64,000 nt of DNA from a bacterium. GTDB lineage: Bacteria > Zhuqueibacterota > Zhuqueibacteria > Residuimicrobiales > Krinioviventaceae. The DNA lies in NCBI GenBank assembly GCA_963693055.1, contig OY843751.1, positions 4,704,001-4,768,000 on the forward strand. Direction: 5' to 3'. The notes below the pieces were generated by a model that was given only the letters and a program-made list of their open reading frames with translations, ran no database searches and was not told the DNA's origin. A program made the position numbers and the translations under genes. Of the stretch, positions 57,250 to 64,000 are shown one piece after another (positions within the stretch are counted from its first letter, which is position 1; each line of letters starts with the position of its first letter).

Positions 57250-59364
57250 ATGAGAGACCAGTATAAATCCAGAGACCAGCTTTACAGTGAAGTGCTGACT
57301 CTGCGCAAGCAATTACGCGAATATAAAGACAAATACGACAACACACAGGCCAATATAAATAATGTACAAACCAGTCCTCAAGAGCATAATATTCTTCTGG
57401 ACTATTTGACAGATTATATCTATACCGTTAGATTCAAAAAAACTAAACCTGCCGAAACCATGCACGGACCGGGTTGTGTATCTGTTACCGGGTATACATC
57501 AAAAGAATACACCAAAGATCCGGAGCTGTGGTTTAGAATGGTATACAAAAGAGACCGTGAAGCCGTCTCCAAACAGGCGCAAATGGCCCGTGACGGAAAG
57601 GCAGTTCCCCCGCTCGAACATCGAATCATCCACAAAGACGGTAGTATACGCTGGGTACGAAACACAGTTGTTCAGCTGCGTGACGAAAATGGCAAATTTT
57701 ACGGTTATAATGGACTGATCAATGACATTACCGCCCGAAAAAAAGCCGAAAAAACCCTGCTTACCAGTGAGCTTAAATATCGCTCACTTACAAATGATGT
57801 TTTGGAAAGCACCAAAGTTGGCATTGTAATTCTGGATTACAAGTACAACATCGTCTGGGTAAATCGAGCCTACGAGTACTATACAGGCTTGAAGCGTATC
57901 GATATAATTGGCAAAAATGCTCAGGATTATCTAAAATCCACAGTTAAACATCTGTTTCAAAATCCTGAAAATTTCGAAAAAATGGTCAATTCATCATATG
58001 GATCAATAGAAACTGTAAATTTTGAATGCTGTCGTATAAACAATCATGGCGAAATGGTGCGCTGCCTGGAATACTGGAGCATGCCAATAAAAACCGGATT
58101 ATATGCTGGCGGTCGAATTGAACAATACTATGACGTGACCGAACATAAAACCATTCTTGACGATGTAGTAGAAAGTGAAAGACGCCATAAACAACTATTG
58201 CACCACCTTACCGATTATGTCTATTCTGTCAAAGTAGAATTTGGTGAACCTGTTGACACGTTTCATGGCATTGGCTGTGTGGCTGTAACCGGCTATACTC
58301 AGGAAGATTTTGCCATGAATCCTGACTTGTGGATTGAAATGGTTTACAAAGAAGATCGTGATGATGTTAGAGAACATGCACGCAAAGCCCTGCTGGGAAA
58401 ATCTTCAAAACCGTTGGCCCACCGCATCACCCACAGGGATGGCTCGCTGCGATGGGTAAAGAGCACGATTGTTTTACAAAAAAATGAAAAAGGAAATGTA
58501 ATTTCCTATGACGGTCTGATAAATGATATCACTGAATTAAAAAAAGCAGAAGAGCTTGATAAAATGCGTCAGCAACAACTTGTTCAGGCCGATAAAATGG
58601 TTACCCTGGGTATTCTTGTCTCGGGTGTGGCTCACGAGATCAACAATCCCAATAATTTTATGATGCTCAACAACAAAATGATCAACAAGGTTTGGGAAAG
58701 TACAAAACCCATCCTAGACGAATATTATAATGAGCATGGAGATTTTGTTCTGGCAGGTATGCCCTACTCTAAGGCCCATGACAAGATTGCGGAACTGATA
58801 ACCGGAATCAATGAAGGTGGTCAGCGAATTAAAAAAATTGTAGAAAGCCTAAAAAACTTTGCCCGTCACGACACCGGCGTTCTAGACCAGTCTATTAACC
58901 TGAATAAAGTTGTAGAAGCCGCTATATTAATCGTAAACAATTTGATCAAAAAATCTACGACCGATTTCAAGGTAAAATTTGCACCCAAACTGCCCGAGTT
59001 TCAAGGCAATTTCCAACAACTAGAGCAGTTGTTGATCAATTTGATCACAAATTCCTGTGAAGCCCTAAGCAAAAAAGAAAGACAATTGCATATTACTACA
59101 TTCTGGAACCGTGAGTCGAACCAGGTTGGCTTCTCGGTTATGGACAATGGTGACGGAATCACCAAAGAAGATATGAAACATATTATAGATCCCTTTTTTA
59201 CGACCAAACGCGAAATCGGTGGAACCGGATTAGGACTTTCCATCGCGTACAATATTATTAAAGATCATGGCGGAGAATTGCATCTTGACTCTCGTTTAGG
59301 ATTCGGTACAACCGCCACAATTACAATTCCTCTGAATGATAAAGATTTTGGAGCAATATCATGA
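57250..59364 (+). CDS. Cytoplasmic multi-PAS sensor histidine kinase (NtrB-like)
   Basis: Three PAS domains; GVAHEINNP H-box, QLLINLITNS N-box, DNGDGI, PFFTTK, GTGLGL. Confidence 0.92.
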   Translation: MRDQYKSRDQLYSEVLTLRKQLREYKDKYDNTQANINNVQTSPQEHNILLDYLTDYIYTVRFKKTKPAETMHGPGCVSVTGYTSKEYTKDPELWFRMVYKRDREAVSKQAQMARDGKAVPPLEHRIIHKDGSIRWVRNTVVQLRDENGKFYGYNGLINDITARKKAEKTLLTSELKYRSLTNDVLESTKVGIVILDYKYNIVWVNRAYEYYTGLKRIDIIGKNAQDYLKSTVKHLFQNPENFEKMVNSSYGSIETVNFECCRINNHGEMVRCLEYWSMPIKTGLYAGGRIEQYYDVTEHKTILDDVVESERRHKQLLHHLTDYVYSVKVEFGEPVDTFHGIGCVAVTGYTQEDFAMNPDLWIEMVYKEDRDDVREHARKALLGKSSKPLAHRITHRDGSLRWVKSTIVLQKNEKGNVISYDGLINDITELKKAEELDKMRQQQLVQADKMVTLGILVSGVAHEINNPNNFMMLNNKMINKVWESTKPILDEYYNEHGDFVLAGMPYSKAHDKIAELITGINEGGQRIKKIVESLKNFARHDTGVLDQSINLNKVVEAAILIVNNLIKKSTTDFKVKFAPKLPEFQGNFQQLEQLLINLITNSCEALSKKERQLHITTFWNRESNQVGFSVMDNGDGITKEDMKHIIDPFFTTKREIGGTGLGLSIAYNIIKDHGGELHLDSRLGFGTTATITIPLNDKDFGAIS

Positions 59365-60779
59365 ACGCATTAGATTACCCTGAATTCCCGGTAATTATTG
59401 TTGATGATGAAGAGAATTTTCTCCTCAGTGCGGGTTTTACACTCAGTTCAAACGGCATCAACAATGTTATACAATGTCAAAACAGTACCAAAGTTATGGG
59501 TATACTGAAAGAAAAAACCGTATCTGTCATAGCTCTCGACATGACCATGCCCGAGATGTCCGGCTGGGATTTACTGCCTTTGATTGTCAAAGACTTTCCG
59601 GATGTTCCGGTAATTGTAATAACGGCGGTAAATGAGGTAGAAACCGCAGTAGAGTGTATGAAAGCAGGTGCGTTTGACTATATTGTCAAACCCGTTGATG
59701 ACTCACGTCTGGTGACGGCAATTCAACGCGCGCTTGAATTACGCGAAGTTATGGCAGAAAACGTCAAACTGAAACAATACCTGCTCTCAGGCAAGCTGGA
59801 ACACCCTGAAATTTTTGAACATATCATCACCAAAAGCAACCTGATGCGCTCAATTTTCCAATACATTGAAGCTGTTGCGGGCACCTCATTGCCGGTTTTG
59901 GTAACCGGTGAGACAGGTACGGGTAAAGAATTGTTTGCACGCTCAATACATGATATGAGCGGCAGAAAAGGTGAGTTTATTGCTGTTAACGTAGCCGGCC
60001 TTGATGACAATTTATTTTCAGACAGCCTGTTTGGGCATAAAAAAGGTGCGTTTACCGGAGCAGACAAGGAACGTAAAGGTCTTATTGAACAGGCCGCAGG
60101 TGGCACCCTGTTTTTAGACGAAATTGGTGATCTCAGCATGGAATCTCAGGTTAAACTCTTGAGATTGCTCCAGGAAAAGCAATATTATCCCATAGGCTCA
60201 GATATCCCCAAAATGTCTGATGCACGGGTTGTGGTAGCAACCCACCGGGATATTGATCAAATGTCTGAAGATGAAACCTTTAGAAAAGATTTGTATTACC
60301 GATTAAAAGCACACCATGTAAATATTCCCCCGCTTAGTGAGCGTAAAGAGGATATCCCCTTACTTATCAACTTTTTCCTGAACAGGGCATCAAAAGAATT
60401 GAACAAAAAACGCCCGACACCACCCAGAGAACTGTTCACATTGTTGAACAATTATGATTTTCCGGGCAACATACGTGAACTGGAAGGTATGATATTCGAT
60501 GCCGTAAGTCGTCACAAATCCGGTGTATTGTCTACAGAGACGTTCCGTGAAGTAGTAACCCCTAAAACCATTCAAAATACAAACATGGACGCGGGAACAG
60601 AAATTCACGGATTAAACAACATTATCTTTCCCGACCCCTTGCCTTCACTTAAAGAAATTGAAAACAGTATCATTGCCGAAGCTTTAAAACGAGCGGATGG
60701 GAATCAAACCATCGCAGCACAAATGCTTGGCATGACCCGCAGAGCACTAAACAACAGACTTCAACGCGCCCGCAAATAA
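59361..60779 (+). CDS. Sigma54-dependent response regulator (NtrC family)
   Basis: Receiver VDDE / LDMTMP / KP; GETGTGKE, GAFTGA, LFLDEIG, PGNIRELE; Fis-type HTH. Confidence 0.95.
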   Translation: MNALDYPEFPVIIVDDEENFLLSAGFTLSSNGINNVIQCQNSTKVMGILKEKTVSVIALDMTMPEMSGWDLLPLIVKDFPDVPVIVITAVNEVETAVECMKAGAFDYIVKPVDDSRLVTAIQRALELREVMAENVKLKQYLLSGKLEHPEIFEHIITKSNLMRSIFQYIEAVAGTSLPVLVTGETGTGKELFARSIHDMSGRKGEFIAVNVAGLDDNLFSDSLFGHKKGAFTGADKERKGLIEQAAGGTLFLDEIGDLSMESQVKLLRLLQEKQYYPIGSDIPKMSDARVVVATHRDIDQMSEDETFRKDLYYRLKAHHVNIPPLSERKEDIPLLINFFLNRASKELNKKRPTPPRELFTLLNNYDFPGNIRELEGMIFDAVSRHKSGVLSTETFREVVTPKTIQNTNMDAGTEIHGLNNIIFPDPLPSLKEIENSIIAEALKRADGNQTIAAQMLGMTRRALNNRLQRARK

Positions 60780-60780
60780 A

Positions 60781-60890
60781 GGGTGCCACAGATTTACCAC
60801 ATGCCACAAAATTTCATCCCAACATAAAAACATATTTTACAATAACTTGAACCGGTTCAGTGAGCTGGGATGGAATTTTTGTGGCACCCC
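60781..60890. promoter_or_regulatory. Candidate upstream activator sites (inverted repeats)
   Basis: TGCCACAAAATTTCATCCCA (60802-60821) vs TGGGATGGAATTTTTGTGGCA (60866-60886); GGGTGCCACA (60781) vs TGTGGCACCC (60880); palindrome TGAACCGGTTCA (60848-60859). Confidence 0.5.
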
Positions 60891-60966
60891 TTTTTAATAT
60901 CCTCCAAAAAAAATCATTTAACCTAAAAACATTAAAAACATAGACTTGCGATATACCAACGGCTTG

Positions 60967-60982
60967 TGGCACACCCTTTGCT
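60967..60982 (+). promoter_or_regulatory. Sigma54 -24/-12 promoter
   Basis: TGGCAC-ACCCT-TTGCT; exact GG-N10-GC spacing; directly downstream of a sigma54 activator gene. Confidence 0.85.
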
Positions 60983-61078
60983 AGAGAGAGTGTGAACATC
61001 AATTGAAATGGTTTACAAAGCTTTGTAGCAGATATAGAAAAACATCAGATTTAGCACCACCATAAAGGAGTAATCATC

Positions 61079-61474
61079 ATGAAAAGATATATCGTATTAT
61101 TTGTACTCGTAGCCCTGTTCGCAGGCAACAGCTTGGCAGCTGAAAATGTATCAAAAGATCGTTTAGAATTGGCAGAAAAAGCATATAAACTTGCTTTAAA
61201 ATCAGATAACGCGGGTGTTCGCAACAGTGCACTTCATCGCATTGCAGTTTTAAAATCTCGCACTCCAGAGTTCGAAACCAACGAATATAAAAGCATCTTG
61301 AAATCTATGGCTAACAAAGATGACAAAGCTTATATTCGCGTTAATGCCAAGATTACTCTGGACTTGTTGAACAATAAAAACCTGATTGAAAATGTAGATA
61401 CTGAAACTGTTGACCCTAACGAATTCTTTAACAGTATTCACATGAAGATGGTTGATCTTTACGCAATTAATTAA
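61079..61474 (+). CDS. Small exported helical (HEAT-like) protein
   Basis: AAGGAG RBS; signal peptide ending SLA-A; SDNAGVRNSAL and DDKAYIRVNA HEAT-like motifs. Confidence 0.7.
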   Translation: MKRYIVLFVLVALFAGNSLAAENVSKDRLELAEKAYKLALKSDNAGVRNSALHRIAVLKSRTPEFETNEYKSILKSMANKDDKAYIRVNAKITLDLLNNKNLIENVDTETVDPNEFFNSIHMKMVDLYAIN

Positions 61475-61553
61475 TAGCAACAAATAGATTTTAGTTCTTT
61501 GAACAAGTAATACCCTTTCATAACCATTTACTTTTCTTTTCCCAACCTCCGAA

Positions 61554-61586
61554 AAACCAGCGCCTGATACACTCAGGCGCTGGTTT
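61554..61586. terminator. Perfect 14-bp hairpin (terminator or RNA stem)
   Basis: AAACCAGCGCCTGA-TACAC-TCAGGCGCTGGTTT. Confidence 0.55.
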
Positions 61587-61721
61587 AACAAAAAAGAAAG
61601 GGTTTACAACAAGAATTTTTCAAGCCAAATGTACCAAATGTCTTTAGAGGAGTTTTTACTCCCTTATGTGATAGATATATGCTGAATAACTATATTTACC
61701 CTTGATTTTCCCGACCTCTGT

Positions 61722-61751
61722 ATAAAGCCCTCTTCTACCCGAGGGCTTTAT
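61722..61751. terminator. Hairpin between convergent genes
   Basis: ATAAAGCCCTC-TTCTACCC-GAGGGCTTTAT. Confidence 0.65.
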
Positions 61752-61756
61752 CATTT

Positions 61757-62314
61757 CTAGTAATCAGAAAATACAACTTTGACTTGTTTACACCCCAGTT
61801 CCATTTCTTTACACATGTCCATAAAAAAAGCAGTAGCTTTTTCATTACATTTATCCCGAACATAACTTTCTGTTAACAACGTTTCGCCTTCCTGAACAAA
61901 ACGATCTGTTAATGTTTCCAATATCTGAATAGCTTCTCGGTCTTCATTTACCAGCAAGCCGCGTTCAGGATAACTGACTGTAGATCCGTTTATCACCGGC
62001 TTTTTCACACGAATGGGTGGCGCATAAACAGTTAATACTTTTTCCTTTTGATCATACTTGATATCGTACGAATCTTTATCAAAATCCAGATAAAAGTCAA
62101 ATGTCACACTTGAATTCACTTGTACCTGAGCATCACTCTTTAAAAATACAAGAGCGGTTTTCTTGACAGTTTCAACAAAATCAACATTTTTGGTTTCAGA
62201 AGCCAAAACGAGTTGGGTTAAACCTTCAAACTTTTCTGTATAGGTTCGTGTTGTAATTTTAGGCGCACAAGATGCCAGAATGACAACAATGCCTGCGATA
62301 ACTAATTTTCTCAT
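61757..62314 (-). CDS. DUF4230-like lipoprotein
   Basis: Lipobox ILAS-C; L.V..PP.....P....., terminal V.V.F pattern; GAGG RBS. Confidence 0.5.
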   Translation of the reverse strand: MRKLVIAGIVVILASCAPKITTRTYTEKFEGLTQLVLASETKNVDFVETVKKTALVFLKSDAQVQVNSSVTFDFYLDFDKDSYDIKYDQKEKVLTVYAPPIRVKKPVINGSTVSYPERGLLVNEDREAIQILETLTDRFVQEGETLLTESYVRDKCNEKATAFFMDMCKEMELGCKQVKVVFSDY

Positions 62315-62332
62315 ATCATCCTCAAATTAATA

Positions 62333-64000
62333 TCAATAACCAGCCAAAGGAGGTAAATACTTTTTATCGGTTGCCCATCTTTTATTAGGTTTTTTTCCCA
62401 TCTTAAAAACCAGTTCCCCCCCCTGCATTATATTTTTATGCTGAATCCAGGATTTGTTCCATTTTTGACCATTCAATGTTACGGATTGGATATACTTGTT
62501 TTGATCGGACAAATTTTCAGCCCTGACAACGAACCGATTTCCGTCTAAAAGATTCAGCACAGCTTTATCAACTACCGGCGAACCAAACACATAGATACTG
62601 TTTACAGGATTTACAGGATAAAAACCCATTGCACTGAAAACATACCAGGCAGACATTTGCCCACAATCTTCATTACCACACAGGCCTTCCGGTGATTCGT
62701 CGTACAAGGTAGTTAGAATCTGATGAACCCGTTCCTGAGTTTTCCAGGGTTGTGCCGCATAATTATAAAGATAAGCGATATGGTGACTGGGTTCATTACC
62801 ATGGGCATATTGTCCTATCAAGCCAGTTATATCTACCGGCGTAACCTCTCCTTTAACAAACTCGTACGAGAAAAACTGATCCAGCTTTTTAACAAATCTC
62901 TTTTTCCCACCCAGTAGATCAATCAATGCGTATGGTTCCTGGGGTACAAACCAGTTATATTGCCACGCATTACCTTCTGTGTAATCTCCCCGATATTCAG
63001 AATAGTTGGGATCAAAAGGCTCGCGCCACTGCCCGTCAGATAATTTTGCCCTAAAAAATCCGGTTTCCGCATCAAAAACATTTTCATAATTTTTAGATCG
63101 TGCAATATAGGCATTATAGTCAGTTTCATTTCCCAGAGCTTTTGCCATTTGCGCAATACCCCAGTCATCAAGCGCATATTCCAGAGTTTTTGACGCTGCT
63201 TCATTATCTTTATCGATAGGTACGTAACCCATATCCATATAATATTGCAGCCCGTCATAATCTCTCCATTCTGCGCTGGCCTTTATAGCCTGCCATGCTT
63301 TATCAACATCATAATTACGAATACCTTTAAAATACGCATCCACAATTACTGGTACCGAATGATAGCCGGTCATGGTCCAGGCTTCGTTATGATAAATAGA
63401 CCAAACCGGGAGCACCTTGTAAACGTTTTGATCATAATGGGCAAGCATGCTGTTAATAAAATCATTCACCAGAACCGGATTTAATATCGTCACAAGTGGA
63501 TGATACGCCCGATAAGTGTCCCACAATGAAAAGATGGTATAATTTTCAAAACCTTTTGCCTGGTGAATATTTTGATCTAGCCCTCTGTACTGACCGTCTA
63601 CATCCTGATGGATTTCCGGGAACAGCATACTATGATAAAGCGATGTATAAAACGTGGTGCGTGTTTTCAGATCTGCATCTATATCAATCACACCAAGCTC
63701 CTGGTTCCAAGCAGATTCCGCAGCTCTCACTACATTATTAAAATCCCAACCAGGGATTTCAGCGCGCAAATTTTGAATAGCACCGGCAGTACTGACACTT
63801 GACAAACCAATTTTCACATAAACTACCGGACTTTTAGTTTGTTCAAACGTAAAACTTGCCTTTAGATTTGTTCCGCCTTCCAACAAGGCATCACCAACGG
63901 ATTTTCCATTTTTGTAAACAGTAAATTCTTTAACGGGTCTTGAGAATTCAATAGCAAAGTACAATTGACGCATTTTTGACCAACCCATTACATGCTTGCA
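62333..64000 (-). CDS. GH92 alpha-mannosidase (5'-truncated by window)
   Basis: FSLWDTYRA.HPL, SKTLEYA.DDW, TEGNAWQY.W, GQYAHGNEPSHH, GNEDCGQMSAWYVFS. Confidence 0.92.
   Translation of the reverse strand, partial: CKHVMGWSKMRQLYFAIEFSRPVKEFTVYKNGKSVGDALLEGGTNLKASFTFEQTKSPVVYVKIGLSSVSTAGAIQNLRAEIPGWDFNNVVRAAESAWNQELGVIDIDADLKTRTTFYTSLYHSMLFPEIHQDVDGQYRGLDQNIHQAKGFENYTIFSLWDTYRAYHPLVTILNPVLVNDFINSMLAHYDQNVYKVLPVWSIYHNEAWTMTGYHSVPVIVDAYFKGIRNYDVDKAWQAIKASAEWRDYDGLQYYMDMGYVPIDKDNEAASKTLEYALDDWGIAQMAKALGNETDYNAYIARSKNYENVFDAETGFFRAKLSDGQWREPFDPNYSEYRGDYTEGNAWQYNWFVPQEPYALIDLLGGKKRFVKKLDQFFSYEFVKGEVTPVDITGLIGQYAHGNEPSHHIAYLYNYAAQPWKTQERVHQILTTLYDESPEGLCGNEDCGQMSAWYVFSAMGFYPVNPVNSIYVFGSPVVDKAVLNLLDGNRFVVRAENLSDQNKYIQSVTLNGQKWNKSWIQHKNIMQGGELVFKMGKKPNKRWATDKKYLPPLAGY

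Noticed and set aside
1-64000. The many short ORF-track entries antisense to or nested within long genes
   Set aside because: They overlap well-supported genes, and I recognised no protein motifs in them; treated as shadow ORFs
1-64000. CRISPR array or cas genes that could accompany the CHAT protease and sigma factor
   Set aside because: No regularly spaced repeat-spacer array and no Cas-like ORF seen; the CHAT protein is predicted to be exported, unlike Csx29
1-64000. tRNA or rRNA genes
   Set aside because: No cloverleaf/T-loop signature or rRNA-like stretch recognised in the intergenic regions

Overview
Bacterial chromosomal window. Nine proteins end in the 'L.QNYPNPFNP.T.I' FlgD-Ig/T9SS-like sorting tail, which points to an FCB-group lineage such as KSB1/Calditrichota/Ignavibacteria (inference). 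Contents in order: arginine operon (argJ-proC-argC-argB-argD-short argA); eIF-2B-like isomerase and antiporter; a J-domain + Trp-repeat gene pair; DUF481, miaA, mutL; a decayed ParE-like toxin beside an intact antitoxin; a carboxypeptidase cluster; a bacterial-microcompartment locus with three pentamer genes and no hexamer gene; radC; about 21 kb of tandem, mostly secreted, modular proteins sharing uncharacterised domains; STAS, GIY-YIG and pfkA; an ECF-sigma/CHAT-protease locus; nadA, RNA m5C methyltransferase and HesB; a PAS kinase + sigma54 activator with a clear -24/-12 promoter; DUF4230-like lipoprotein and a partial GH92. The best candidate for an undescribed system is 47872-54033. It holds a divergent ECF sigma gene flanked by two outward-facing copies of one promoter-like motif (AAAGTGTAAGATTTT-N11-GACACTATATTAATA). 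One copy precedes an unannotated ~240-nt multi-hairpin RNA candidate. The other precedes a ZAS-motif protein, a membrane anti-sigma-like protein and an unannotated 54-aa Pro/Asp-rich peptide, followed by an exported, membrane-anchored TPR-CHAT (caspase-like) protease. All calls come from reading the sequence; no database search was run. Several start codons were moved from the ORF track on RBS evidence.
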